From: Parasynechococcus marenigrum WH 8102
GTDB lineage: Bacteria; Cyanobacteriota; Cyanobacteriia; PCC-6307; Cyanobiaceae
Assembly: GCF_000195975.1 (NCBI RefSeq)
Contig: NC_005070.1
Location: 630,001-662,000, forward strand
Reading direction: 5' to 3'
DNA: 32,000 bases
Each line of letters opens with the position of its first letter. Position 1 is the first letter of the stretch. Positions 17,136-26,330 of the stretch are shown piece by piece. The position numbers and the translations under genes were made by a program. A model generated the notes under the pieces. It saw only the letters and a program-made list of their open reading frames with translations, did no database searches and was not told the origin of the DNA.

Positions 17136-17142
17136 GTCAGGC
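17130..17142. repeat. 13-bp perfect palindrome GCCTGA-G-TCAGGC containing the stop codons of convergent proC and the GT4 gene
   Basis: proC TGA at 17133-17135 and GT4 TGA (complement) at 17137-17139. 6-bp arms around centre G17136. Both ORFs end in Ala-stop encoded by GCCTGA. Confidence 0.9.
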
Positions 17143-18306
17143 CGCCCTCTGGTCGGAGCGGACCAGGGACCCATAGAGCGCTTCGATCGCATCGATGTTG
17201 AGGCTGATCGTGTAACGCTCCAGGGCACGCTGGCGGGCCCGTTTCCCCAGCTCCGCGGTGAGCACCGGCTGATCCCGCAGCACCGGCAACAGGGTGCGCA
17301 GTTGGGTGGTGACCCCCTGGGTGCTCAGAACAATGCCCGCGCCCCCCTCCAGCGCCTCGCCGTCGGCGCCAGCATCGGTGGCAACGCAGGCGGTGCCGCT
17401 GGCCATTGCCTCTAGCAACGCCAGGGACAATCCCTCCACGAGGCTGGGCAGCACAAAGACCTCCGCGCACTGCAGAAGCGCCACGCGGGTTTCCAGATCG
17501 GGTTCATAGCCCCACCACAGCACCTCTCCATTGCCAAACTGGTTCATCAGTCCGCTGCAGAGGGGGCCATCGCCGACGATCACCAGTCGGCATCCGACCG
17601 GTGAGGTGAGCCGCCAGGCCCGCAACAGCGCTTCGACATTTTTCTCGGTGGCCAGCCGTCCCATGTAGAGGAAAATCCGCTGCGAACCCAGCTGCTCCCG
17701 CACCCGTTTGAGGGTCAGATTGCTGGTGCTCGGGGTAGCTGGGGCCCAGCATTCCGTGTCCACTCCATTAGGGATCACCACCAGGCGCTGCTCCGGCACA
17801 CCAAGGCGCACCAGCACGTCGGCTTGGAGCTGGGAGAACACGATCACCCGGTCGTAGCGGGCCAGGGCGGGGGCATAGAGCTGATAGGTGAGCTGCTGGG
17901 TTCCGGCGGTGATGTTGCGCAGTCCCGCATCAAAGGGGGGATGGAAGGTGGCCACCAGGGGCACCCCAAGTTGCTGACAGAGGTCCGGCAGGCGGAAATC
18001 AAGGGGGGAGAGGGTGAGGCTGGCGTGAACGATGTCCGGCTTCAGCCGCTCCAGGGAGTCCCGCAGCTCCCGCTGTGCCCCTGGCGAGGGGATCGTGTAC
18101 ACCTGCGATTTGACCAGATACGGCAGGCTGACGTCCGGATCATTGGCCAGCAGTGACGTTCCGCCGCTTTCGGGATTGCGGGGATTGTCGAAATGAATGA
18201 AGTGGGTCTGATGCCCCCGCTGACGCAGCGCCTCGGTGGTGCTGAGGCCGTAGGAGACGTTCCCGCAGAACGGTGTCTTCTTCCCCAGCCAGGCGATCTG
18301 CACCAA
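17137..18306 (-). CDS. Glycosyltransferase, GT4 (group 1, retaining)
   Basis: GT-B fold with the EX7E motif 'FVLPSLVEGLSLALLEAMASGTACVATD'. 389 aa. Confidence 0.85.
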   Translation of the reverse strand: MVQIAWLGKKTPFCGNVSYGLSTTEALRQRGHQTHFIHFDNPRNPESGGTSLLANDPDVSLPYLVKSQVYTIPSPGAQRELRDSLERLKPDIVHASLTLSPLDFRLPDLCQQLGVPLVATFHPPFDAGLRNITAGTQQLTYQLYAPALARYDRVIVFSQLQADVLVRLGVPEQRLVVIPNGVDTECWAPATPSTSNLTLKRVREQLGSQRIFLYMGRLATEKNVEALLRAWRLTSPVGCRLVIVGDGPLCSGLMNQFGNGEVLWWGYEPDLETRVALLQCAEVFVLPSLVEGLSLALLEAMASGTACVATDAGADGEALEGGAGIVLSTQGVTTQLRTLLPVLRDQPVLTAELGKRARQRALERYTISLNIDAIEALYGSLVRSDQRAA

Positions 18307-18338
18307 GCGCGACTGCCCTCCTCAGGCGAACTGGCAAG

Positions 18339-19694
18339 TTAGCAGCGCTTCCAGGGGCGTTCGAGCACCGCCGCCAGAAGGGCCATCGCCGCCAACAGCA
18401 GCAGGACCGGTTCCAGCCCGACGCTGCTCACAAGGGTGCCGGCCAGCACGAGCGGCAGGCTTAGGGCGATGTTGATCAGGTTGTTCTGCAGTCCGAACAC
18501 CCTGCCCCGCTCCCGCTCCGGTGTGTCCTCCTGCAGGGTGGTCTGGGCCGGGATCGCTACCAGTGCCGCCCCGACGCCAAGGATGGTGCAGAGCAAGAGG
18601 GTGATCAGCAGTCGACCCTGCAACTGCCCCAGCATCACCAGGGCGAAGGTGATGGTGGCCAGGCCGGTGGCACCGAGGTGATGACGGCTGATCCGGTGAC
18701 CGACCTGGGCGGTCACCACGGCTCCGATGGCCATGCCCAGGCCGCTCATGGCCAGCAGGCTGCCGAATCCGGTGGGGCCAAGACTGTAGATCGAGCCGGC
18801 CAGGCTGATGGCCAGCACGTACATGGCGGCCAGCAGGCTGTAGAGCAACACCAGATTGCGCATCGCCCGGCGCACCGTGGGTCGCTTCACCAACACCTGC
18901 AGTCCCTCGCGGACTTCTTCAAGGATGCCGACATCCCCCGTTTCCCTTGGGGCTTCATGCATCTGGATCGTGCTGAGACTCACCGCGGCTAGGCCATAGC
19001 AGAACGGCAGCAGCAGGAACTCACCGCCGGCGAGGCCAAGTTGGAGGAAGGCGCCGTTGAGCAACCGCAGAATCGGCTCCCCCAGAGCGAACCCCACGAT
19101 CGTGGCGGCCATGCTGGTGGCTTGATAGAGGGAATTGGCCGCGAGCAGGAGCTCCCGAGGCACCAGGAGTGGAATCGCAGCCTGCTCAGCCGGCGCGAAG
19201 AACTGGGTCAGCACCGATTCGAAAAAGGTCATCACCAGCAGAGCCCAGTACCCCCAGCTCAAACCGAGAAACAACGGGCCCGGCACTAAGCAGAACGGTG
19301 CGAACAGCACCAGCAGGGCGCGCATGGCATTGGAGGCCACCATCACCCGACGCTTCGGCCAGCGATCGGCCCAGACGCCGGCCAGCATCCCCAGCAGGAT
19401 GGCGGGGACCGTGTTGGCCACGTAGATGCCTGTGGCCAGAAGCGTGATGCGTTCCGCCCGCGTCTCGATGTCCATGCGGATGGCTGACGCCACGTCCGCC
19501 AGGGGACCGCTGCTGGCGGGGTCGCTGCTCACCCAGTACTGGGCGATCAAGAACACCATCAACACGATATAGAACTTGTCCGCCAGCTGGGAGAAGATCT
19601 GCCCCAGCCACAGCCGCCGGAACCCATCCAGACGGATCACCGCCTGCAGACCTCGCCGGCTGGTGTCTGGAGTGCTGGCTGCGGATCCGCTCAA
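18339..19694 (-). CDS. MFS transporter (EntS/MFS_3-like)
   Basis: About 12 predicted TM segments. 'FRRLWLGQIFSQLADKF' and 'GVWADRWPKRRVMV' are typical of this MFS subfamily. The track ORF runs to 19829, which would overlap recO by 139 nt. I place the start at TTG 19694, which overlaps the recO TGA (TTGA). ATG 19745 is an alternative. Confidence 0.78.
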   Translation of the reverse strand: MSGSAASTPDTSRRGLQAVIRLDGFRRLWLGQIFSQLADKFYIVLMVFLIAQYWVSSDPASSGPLADVASAIRMDIETRAERITLLATGIYVANTVPAILLGMLAGVWADRWPKRRVMVASNAMRALLVLFAPFCLVPGPLFLGLSWGYWALLVMTFFESVLTQFFAPAEQAAIPLLVPRELLLAANSLYQATSMAATIVGFALGEPILRLLNGAFLQLGLAGGEFLLLPFCYGLAAVSLSTIQMHEAPRETGDVGILEEVREGLQVLVKRPTVRRAMRNLVLLYSLLAAMYVLAISLAGSIYSLGPTGFGSLLAMSGLGMAIGAVVTAQVGHRISRHHLGATGLATITFALVMLGQLQGRLLITLLLCTILGVGAALVAIPAQTTLQEDTPERERGRVFGLQNNLINIALSLPLVLAGTLVSSVGLEPVLLLLAAMALLAAVLERPWKRC

Positions 19695-20497
19695 CTGTTC
19701 GCTGCGTCGGCGCCATGTTGGCTTACCTGCTTCGCAGTGACGCATTCCCGCAGCATCGCCAGGGCAGGGTTCCCCCGCTGCAGATGCGTTCGGATCCAGA
19801 TTTCGACCACGGCCAGCAACCGCAACCACACCGGGCGTGGCCCCATCAGCTCCCCGTCGCGGCGGCGCGGCAGATCGGCACGGGTCAGCCGTTGCAGCAG
19901 GGCCAGCTCCGAGGGATTGAGGGTCATCGCCGCTCCGGGCTGTCGATCAATGGCGAAGCCGTCCATCGGCAGGAGGCTGCAGCGCCACTCCCACGTCCCG
20001 ATGGGAGGCTCCAGTGGAGCACCGCTGAGACAACAACTCTGCAGCGGCAGGCTGTATCCCCCCAGGGTCAATAGATGGATGGCCCCCTGCACGCTGCTGG
20101 CCAGCAGCTCATCCAGGCAGTCGCTGCGTTGGTCCAGCCGTTCCAGATGCAGTTGAAGTGTGGCCAGCAATCCCTCCACCGGATCCTCCCGTCCTATCTG
20201 CAGGCAGAGATCACAGAAGGCCTGAGCGGCGGACAAGGTCTCCAGCTGGCGGCCCAGTCCGGCATGGCTGTGGAGCACCCGCAGCTGGCGCACGCGGGCC
20301 AGACCACTGCGGCCGCCCACCTGCAGTTCCAGCAGGGTCAGGGGTGCCGCTGCCGCCAGGCTGCTCTTCGGCCGACGAGCACCAGGGACCGCCAGGCGGG
20401 TCACCCCCTCCGCATCGCTGAGCAGGCTGAGCAGCCGATCGTGCTCGCCGAGTGGCCCAACCTTCAATGCTAAGCCCACCAGGGTGCGTTCGGCCAT
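19691..20497 (-). CDS. recO: DNA repair protein RecO
   Basis: 'LVGLALKVGPLGEHDRLLSLLSDAEGVTRLAVPGARRPKSSLAAA' is the RecO OB-fold N-terminus. The ATG lies directly after the deoC TGA. Confidence 0.88.
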   Translation of the reverse strand: MAERTLVGLALKVGPLGEHDRLLSLLSDAEGVTRLAVPGARRPKSSLAAAAPLTLLELQVGGRSGLARVRQLRVLHSHAGLGRQLETLSAAQAFCDLCLQIGREDPVEGLLATLQLHLERLDQRSDCLDELLASSVQGAIHLLTLGGYSLPLQSCCLSGAPLEPPIGTWEWRCSLLPMDGFAIDRQPGAAMTLNPSELALLQRLTRADLPRRRDGELMGPRPVWLRLLAVVEIWIRTHLQRGNPALAMLRECVTAKQVSQHGADAANS

Positions 20498-21175
20498 TCA
20501 GGCGATCGGTCGCCGGAGTGCCTGCAGCAATTCGGGGGCGCTGCTGGTGCCGACCAGGGCTGCCCCGGCCTCAAGCAGATCCATGGCCAGCTTGGGGTGG
20601 TGGATTCCGCCGGCGGCCTTGATGGCGCAACGGCCGCGGCACAACCCTGACAGGGCGGCCACCTGCTCGGCCTGGCAGGGAGGTCCAAAGCCATTGCCGC
20701 TCTGTACCCCTGCGGCGTCGGCATCGATGGAGGCTTCCACGGCGATCGCCAGGAGATCCTCCGGCAACCGAGCCATGTCCAGCACCACCCGCACCGGCAG
20801 CCCCAGACCGGTAATGGCGGCTAGATCCTCGGCAAAGCCGCTGCTGTCTCCCTCCACCAAGGCACTGAAATCCGGAACCACGTCCAGTTCGTCAGCGCCA
20901 TGGGCTGCCGCCCATGTCGCCTCAGCCAGCCGCAGTTCAGCGGGGAGGGCTCCAAAGGGAAAGCCGATGGCGGCGATCAGCTTCGGCCCTCCCTGGCCCC
21001 CCAGCCGTTCCCGCAGCAAGGGCAGCTGGCGCAGGCTGGTGCAAATTGCCCGCACCCTCTCCTGTCGACCGGCATCGCAGCGTTCGTTCAGTTGCTCCAC
21101 GGTGAGCAGGGGATCCAGCACCGCCTGGTCCAGACAGGAGGGCAGGTCGGATTGATCCTGCTGTGGGTCAGCCAT
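20498..21175 (-). CDS. deoC: Deoxyribose-phosphate aldolase
   Basis: 'IAAIGFPFGA', 'GADELDVV' and 'AIKAAGGI' (Schiff-base lysine region). Confidence 0.88.
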   Translation of the reverse strand: MADPQQDQSDLPSCLDQAVLDPLLTVEQLNERCDAGRQERVRAICTSLRQLPLLRERLGGQGGPKLIAAIGFPFGALPAELRLAEATWAAAHGADELDVVPDFSALVEGDSSGFAEDLAAITGLGLPVRVVLDMARLPEDLLAIAVEASIDADAAGVQSGNGFGPPCQAEQVAALSGLCRGRCAIKAAGGIHHPKLAMDLLEAGAALVGTSSAPELLQALRRPIA

Positions 21176-21189
21176 GGATACCGTCGACG

Positions 21190-21777
21190 TCAGCCTCGAG
21201 CCTGGATCACGCCGTAGCCGCCATGGTTCCGGCGGTAGATCACCTGGAGTTGATCGCTGTCCTTGTCGCGAAACAGGTAGAAGTCGTGATCGATCAGATC
21301 CAGTTGTCGCCGGGCCTCCTCGAGGCTCATCGGCGGCATGGCGAAATACTTGCGGCGAACACCGGGGTCGGGAAGCTCGGCCTCACGGCCCTGCAGCAGG
21401 GAGCCATCCACCTGGCTGTCATCGGTGACGGCTTCCGTGGCGGGGGTGGTGCTGGCGCTGTGACCGTGGCTGTGGTGGTGATCGCTGTGTCGCTCCTTCC
21501 AGCGCCGCAGCTGACGCGCCAACTTGCTGGCCGCCAGGTCGATGCTGGCGTACAGGTTCTCGCTGCGTTCCTGGGCCCGGATCACGGTGCCATTGGCGAA
21601 CACCGTGACCTCAGCGGTCTGTTGCGGAACCCTGGGGTTGCGGGCGACGGAAAGGTGCACGTCCGCCTCGCGGACGGCATTGCCGAAATGGTGAGTGGCC
21701 CGCTCGAGTTTGGTCTGGGTGTAGTCCCTCAGGGCCGGCGTGATCTCAAGGTTGCGACCATGGATCAGCAACTTCAT
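21190..21777 (-). CDS. hpf: Ribosome hibernation-promoting factor, long form (LrtA-like)
   Basis: '[25 protein letters not shown]', '[22 protein letters not shown]', and the C-terminal dimerisation domain '[26 protein letters not shown]'. AGGAG lies 7 nt upstream of the ATG. Confidence 0.92.
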   Translation of the reverse strand: MKLLIHGRNLEITPALRDYTQTKLERATHHFGNAVREADVHLSVARNPRVPQQTAEVTVFANGTVIRAQERSENLYASIDLAASKLARQLRRWKERHSDHHHSHGHSASTTPATEAVTDDSQVDGSLLQGREAELPDPGVRRKYFAMPPMSLEEARRQLDLIDHDFYLFRDKDSDQLQVIYRRNHGGYGVIQARG

Positions 21778-21788
21778 GCCTCGCTCCT

Positions 21789-22484
21789 GTGCCGGTTGAT
21801 ATCGGCAAACTAGTTACGCCTGTCGATTCGGCACACCCCGGCTCCGCAATTCTTGTTGAGCCAGCTGACGCCGTGCCGTTCGAGCGGTCCTGGGCCGATC
21901 AACGCCACTGGCAGCAGCGTCTGCTGGAGCAGCCGCACCTGCCGGAGGCGGTCTGGTTGCTGCAACACAAGGCCTGTTACACCCTGGGTCGCGGTGCCAG
22001 CAGCGAGCATCTGCATTTCCCGCTGGACCAGCCACCGGCGCCGGTTCACCGGATCGATCGCGGTGGTGAGGTGACCCACCACCTGCCCGGTCAGCTGGTG
22101 GCCTACCCCGTATTGGATCTGCGCCGGCGTCAGCCTGATCTGCACTGGTATCTGCGCGAGTTGGAGCAGGTGCTGATCGATGTCCTGGCGCAGCTCGACC
22201 TGCGGGGAGAGCGCTTGCCGGGGCTGACGGGTCTCTGGCTGGACAACCGCAAGGTGGCGGCCATTGGTGTGGGCTGTCGCCGCTGGATCACCCAGCACGG
22301 TCTGGCCCTCAATATCGACTGCGAACTGGCTGGCTTTGATCAGGTCACACCCTGTGGCCTCAGCGGTCGAGCAGTGGGGCGCTTGGTGGATTGGATTCCT
22401 GGATTGCGCCTCGCGGAGGTGCAGCCGCTGCTGCGGGATGCCTTGGCTGCCCGCTTCCACCTGGCCTGGTGCGATGAAGCGTGA
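21789..22484 (+). CDS. lipB: Octanoyltransferase (lipoyl(octanoyl) transferase)
   Basis: '[15 protein letters not shown]', '[26 protein letters not shown]', '[23 protein letters not shown]'. GTG 21789 is the only canonical start between the upstream in-frame stop (21741) and the conserved N-terminal block. Confidence 0.9.
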   Translation: MPVDIGKLVTPVDSAHPGSAILVEPADAVPFERSWADQRHWQQRLLEQPHLPEAVWLLQHKACYTLGRGASSEHLHFPLDQPPAPVHRIDRGGEVTHHLPGQLVAYPVLDLRRRQPDLHWYLRELEQVLIDVLAQLDLRGERLPGLTGLWLDNRKVAAIGVGCRRWITQHGLALNIDCELAGFDQVTPCGLSGRAVGRLVDWIPGLRLAEVQPLLRDALAARFHLAWCDEA

Positions 22485-22514
22485 TAGGCCTGTGCCAACA
22501 GATCAACGTGTTGG

Positions 22515-24428
22515 ATGACCGCCAGCTGGATGCCCACGGCCCGTGAACAGCAGGCCCTGCAGCGCCATGGCCACATTCAGGAGCTGGAGCGGGTTGATGC
22601 GGTCTGGCCTTGGCTGGCGGAACGACATGGCACCATCACCGCCGTCGATGCCCCCCATGCGGCCCATGCGGAGCGTTTCAGCTTCGCCGAACTGGCCCAG
22701 CGGATTGCCACGGCGGCGGCTGCCTTTCAGCGCCAGGGAGTGCAGGAAGGAGATGTGGTGGCCCTGTTTGCAGAAAACAGCCCCCGCTGGCTGGTGGCGG
22801 ATCAGGGCCTGATGCGTTGCGGGGCCGCCGATGCGGTGCGTGGCGCCTCGGCTCCGGTTGAGGAACTTCGCTACATCCTTGACGACTGCAACGCCACTGC
22901 CCTGGTGGTGCAGAACGCCGATCTCTGGCGTCGCCTGGACCTGACGGCGTCCCAGCGCCAAGGTCTGCGATTGGTGCTGCAGTTGGAGGGGGAACCGGAG
23001 CAGGGCGTGCTCGGTTGGGAGGCATTTCTCGCCTCCGGGGCCGGGCAGCAGTCCGTGACACCAACCAGCGCTCGCACGGCCATCGCCACTGTTCTGTACA
23101 CCTCTGGCACCACAGGCCAGCCCAAGGGCGTTCCCCTCACGCACGCCAACCTGCTGCATCAAATGCAGTCCCTGGCCTGTGTGGCTCATCCCCAGCCGGG
23201 TGCACCGGTGTTGAGCGTGCTGCCGATCTGGCATGCCTACGAGCGCAGTGCCAGCTACTACTTCCTCTCCTGCGCCTGCACGCAGACTTACACGAATATC
23301 AAACAGCTGAAGAAGGACCTGCCTCGGGTGCGACCGATTGCCATGGCCACCGTGCCGCGGTTGTGGGAGTCGGTGCAGGCGGGGTTCGAGGATGTGGTGA
23401 AAACCTTCCCGCCGTCCCGTCAGCGGCTGCTGCGGGCTGCCCTGGCCAACAGCGCGGCTCATCGCAAAGCTGTGCGAACGGCTCGAAATCTGCTGCTCCA
23501 ACCGGTGGCTCTGCCCGGCCGCATGACAGCTGCAGCTGTTGCCGCCCTGCGCTGGCCCCTGCATGCCCTGGCGTCAGCCTTGATCTGGCCAAAACTGCGG
23601 CTGCAGCTCAGTGGTGGCCGGCTGGCCTATCCGATCAGCGGCGGTGGTGCCATTGCACCCCACATCGATGCGTTCTTCGAGGCGGTGGGCATCGAGCTGC
23701 TGGTGGGGTACGGCCTTACCGAGACCAGTCCGGTGGTGAGCTGCCGCAGGCCATGGCGCAACATCCGCGGCAGTTCCGGTCTGCCAATGCCGGACACGGA
23801 GTTCCGCATCGTCGATCAAGAATCCGGGGCCTCACTTGGTTTCCGGGAACGGGGCAGGGTGCTGGTGCGCGGCCCTCAGGTGATGGGGGGCTATCTGGGC
23901 AAACCGGAGGCGAGTGCCAAGGTGCTCAGCGCCGACGGCTGGTTCGACACCGGTGATCTGGGCATGCTTCTGCCCGATGGTTCGGTGGCGCTCACCGGTC
24001 GGGCCAAGGACACCATTGTGTTGAGCAGTGGCGAGAACATCGAACCGGGTCCCCTGGAGGAAGCCCTTGTGGCCAGTCCGCTGATCGAGCAGGTGATGCT
24101 GGTGGGTCAGGACGAACGTCAGCTCGGGGCGCTGCTCGTTCCGCGAGTGGAGCCGATCCGGGCCTGGGCCAGCGAGCAGGGCCTGTCCGTGGGGGAGGAC
24201 CTCGGCGGGCGACCTGGTGATTCAGTACTGCTGAACCTGCTGATGCGGGAGTGCAACCTCGTGCTGCGGCTGCGGCCTGGAGCCCGTGGTGATGAGCGCC
24301 TGTGCGGTGTTGGCCTGGTGGAGCCGTTCAGCATCGAGAACGGTCTCCTGACCCAGACCCTGAAACAACGGCGTGATCGCATCAGCCGGCGTGATGCTGC
24401 TGTGATCGAGCGGATCTATGGCCGTTGA
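22515..24428 (+). CDS. aas: Long-chain fatty-acid AMP ligase (cyanobacterial acyl-ACP synthetase type)
   Basis: AMP-binding motif 'VLYTSGTTGQPKGVPLTHANLL', 'GYGLTETSP', 'WFDTGDLG', 637 aa. In cyanobacteria the single enzyme of this type is the acyl-ACP synthetase. Substrate not verifiable here. Confidence 0.85.
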   Translation: MTASWMPTAREQQALQRHGHIQELERVDAVWPWLAERHGTITAVDAPHAAHAERFSFAELAQRIATAAAAFQRQGVQEGDVVALFAENSPRWLVADQGLMRCGAADAVRGASAPVEELRYILDDCNATALVVQNADLWRRLDLTASQRQGLRLVLQLEGEPEQGVLGWEAFLASGAGQQSVTPTSARTAIATVLYTSGTTGQPKGVPLTHANLLHQMQSLACVAHPQPGAPVLSVLPIWHAYERSASYYFLSCACTQTYTNIKQLKKDLPRVRPIAMATVPRLWESVQAGFEDVVKTFPPSRQRLLRAALANSAAHRKAVRTARNLLLQPVALPGRMTAAAVAALRWPLHALASALIWPKLRLQLSGGRLAYPISGGGAIAPHIDAFFEAVGIELLVGYGLTETSPVVSCRRPWRNIRGSSGLPMPDTEFRIVDQESGASLGFRERGRVLVRGPQVMGGYLGKPEASAKVLSADGWFDTGDLGMLLPDGSVALTGRAKDTIVLSSGENIEPGPLEEALVASPLIEQVMLVGQDERQLGALLVPRVEPIRAWASEQGLSVGEDLGGRPGDSVLLNLLMRECNLVLRLRPGARGDERLCGVGLVEPFSIENGLLTQTLKQRRDRISRRDAAVIERIYGR

Positions 24429-24500
24429 ACCACGTTCGGTTCCCCGGTGATTGACCCAGGAGCAGAGCACTGAGACGCTGTCGACATCTTCTTCAGCCCA

Positions 24501-24944
24501 ATGTCTGACGGCACCATCCTCACCATCAAGCGTCCGATCACGGTGCGTGCTGTGGTGACGCCCACCTGGAAGGAAGAGGCTGAACGCGAGATCAGTAACG
24601 GCATTGCCAACGCTGATCAGCAGCTGGCACAGCTGGAGCAGGAAGGGCAGACCGTGGTGGACCAGGTGCGTCGTCAGAGCGCTAATCCCCTCGATCCTCG
24701 CGTGCAGGAGCAGGTGGCCAACATCCAGCAGCAGGTAGCTGGCAAGCGTTCGGAGCTGGAGGAGCAGAAGCGCAACCTGCTGCAGCAGCAGGCCCAGGTG
24801 CGTGAACTGGAGATGGATCAGATCGTTGAACAGGGCCAGCTGGAGAGCAGCTGCGAGATCAAGGTCGGCGACAACCTGGTCGAGAAGATGCAGGTGGCCA
24901 TCGTCGTGCGCGACGGCGTGATCCAGTCGATCGAAGAGGCCTGA
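24501..24944 (+). CDS. Conserved hypothetical coiled-coil protein (possibly YlqD-like)
   Basis: 147 aa. N-terminal beta-like 'ILTIKRPITVRAVVTPTWKEEAEREI', a Gln/Glu-rich central helix ('QLAQLEQEGQ..QQQVAGKRSELEEQKRNLLQQQAQVRELE') and a C-terminal 'KVGDNLVEKMQVAIVVRDGVI'. Family name from memory only. Confidence 0.6.
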   Translation: MSDGTILTIKRPITVRAVVTPTWKEEAEREISNGIANADQQLAQLEQEGQTVVDQVRRQSANPLDPRVQEQVANIQQQVAGKRSELEEQKRNLLQQQAQVRELEMDQIVEQGQLESSCEIKVGDNLVEKMQVAIVVRDGVIQSIEEA

Positions 24945-24999
24945 ACCCGCGTGTCAGTTGACTCGTAAACTCCCCTGATCTGCCCTCTCGGAGACGGTT

Positions 25000-26325
25000 T
25001 TGGCGACCCACGACATCTTCATGCCTGCCCTCAGCTCCACCATGACTGAGGGCAAGATCGTGGAATGGCTGAAGCAACCGGGCGACAAGGTCGGTCGGGG
25101 TGAGTCTGTGCTTGTCGTCGAGTCCGACAAGGCCGACATGGACGTTGAGTCCTTCCAGGATGGCTATCTCGCTGCAGTGCTGATGCCGGCCGGCAGTACA
25201 GCGCCCGTTGGTGAAACCATCGGCCTGATCGTGGAGACCGAGGCGGAGATCGCTGACGCCCAGGCCAAGGCCACCAGTGCTGCGCCCGCCGCCTCAGCCC
25301 CTGCCCCCACACCGGCCCCCGCAGCTGTGCAGGCTCCGGCCCCGACACCAGCTCCGACTCAGGCCCCAGCAGCTCCGGCACCGGTGGCTGCCTCAGCAGC
25401 GCCGGTGGCGAACGGACGGGTGGTGGCCAGTCCTCGGGCCAAGAAGTTGGCCTCCCAGATGGGCGTGGACCTCAGCACCGTGCGCGGCAGCGGCCCCCAC
25501 GGCCGCATTCAGGCTGAGGACGTGGAACAAGCTGGTGGTCAGCCCATCTCTGTGCCCCGGGTTGCTGAGGGCACTGCAGCTGCTGTTGCCGCCAGCGCAG
25601 CCCCGTCGGCGGCGGCCCCCAGTGCGCCGGCGGGCAACAGCTTCGGGCGTCCCGGCGACACCGTCGCCTTCAACACCCTCCAGGGTGCGGTGAACCGGAA
25701 CATGGAGGCCAGCCTCGCTGTGCCGTGTTTCCGTGTCGGATACACCATCACCACCGACAAGCTGGATGCGTTCTCCAAGCTGGTGAAACCCAAGGGCGTC
25801 ACGATGACGGCGCTGCTGGCCAAGGCCGTTGCCGTCACCCTGGCTCGCCATCCCCAGGTGAATGCCGCCACCACCGCGGCAGGCATGACCTATCCCGCTG
25901 AAGTGAACGTGGCCATTGCTGTGGCGATGGAAGACGGCGGCTTGATCACCCCGGTGCTGCGCAATGCCGACCGCACGGATCTCTACGAGATGTCGCGCCA
26001 GTGGAAAGATCTGGTGAAGCGGTCCCGCAGCAAGCAGCTTCAGCCTGAGGAATACAGCACCGGAACCTTCACCCTCTCGAACCTGGGAATGTTCGGTGTG
26101 GACCGCTTCGATGCGATTCTTCCCCCCGGTACCGGAGCGATCCTGGCGGTGGCAGCCTCCCGCCCCACGGTTGTGGCGGGCAAGGATGGTTCCATCGCCG
26201 TGAAACGGCAGATGCAGGTGAACCTCACCGCTGATCACCGGGTGATTTACGGCGCTGATGGTGCGGCATTCCTCAAGGATCTGGCGGAGTTGATCGAACA
26301 TCGCCCCGAGAGCCTGGCGCTCTGA
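25000..26325 (+). CDS. pdhC: Dihydrolipoamide acetyltransferase, E2 component of pyruvate dehydrogenase
   Basis: Lipoyl domain '[37 protein letters not shown]', an Ala/Pro linker, E3/E1-binding '[28 protein letters not shown]' and catalytic '[14 protein letters not shown]'. TTG start at 25000. Confidence 0.93.
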   Translation: MATHDIFMPALSSTMTEGKIVEWLKQPGDKVGRGESVLVVESDKADMDVESFQDGYLAAVLMPAGSTAPVGETIGLIVETEAEIADAQAKATSAAPAASAPAPTPAPAAVQAPAPTPAPTQAPAAPAPVAASAAPVANGRVVASPRAKKLASQMGVDLSTVRGSGPHGRIQAEDVEQAGGQPISVPRVAEGTAAAVAASAAPSAAAPSAPAGNSFGRPGDTVAFNTLQGAVNRNMEASLAVPCFRVGYTITTDKLDAFSKLVKPKGVTMTALLAKAVAVTLARHPQVNAATTAAGMTYPAEVNVAIAVAMEDGGLITPVLRNADRTDLYEMSRQWKDLVKRSRSKQLQPEEYSTGTFTLSNLGMFGVDRFDAILPPGTGAILAVAASRPTVVAGKDGSIAVKRQMQVNLTADHRVIYGADGAAFLKDLAELIEHRPESLAL

Positions 26326-26330
26326 TCGGG

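Noticed and set aside
16203-17228. 341-aa and 217-aa minus-strand ORFs opposite proC
   Set aside because: proC motifs on the plus strand are unambiguous. The antisense translations have no motifs.
20742-20749. HIP1 octamer GCGATCGC (cyanobacterial highly iterated palindrome)
   Set aside because: I found only one exact copy by eye in 32 kb, so there is no evidence of HIP1 enrichment. It lies inside deoC coding sequence.
21163-21813. 216-aa plus-strand ORF opposite hpf
   Set aside because: The hpf frame has the canonical HPF N- and C-terminal domains and a Shine-Dalgarno sequence. The antisense ORF is Gly/Ala/Val-rich filler.
22503-23564. 353-aa minus-strand ORF opposite the acyl ligase gene
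   Set aside because: The AMP-binding motifs are on the plus strand. The antisense product has no signature.
24431-24446. Short hairpin GAACC-acgttc-GGTTC after the acyl ligase gene
   Set aside because: A 5-bp stem with no following T-tract. Not convincing as a terminator.
25276-25410. Repetitive GC-rich stretch that looks like a tandem DNA repeat
   Set aside because: It encodes the Ala/Pro-rich flexible linker of E2 ([29 protein letters not shown]), a normal feature of 2-oxoacid dehydrogenase E2 proteins, not a repeat element.
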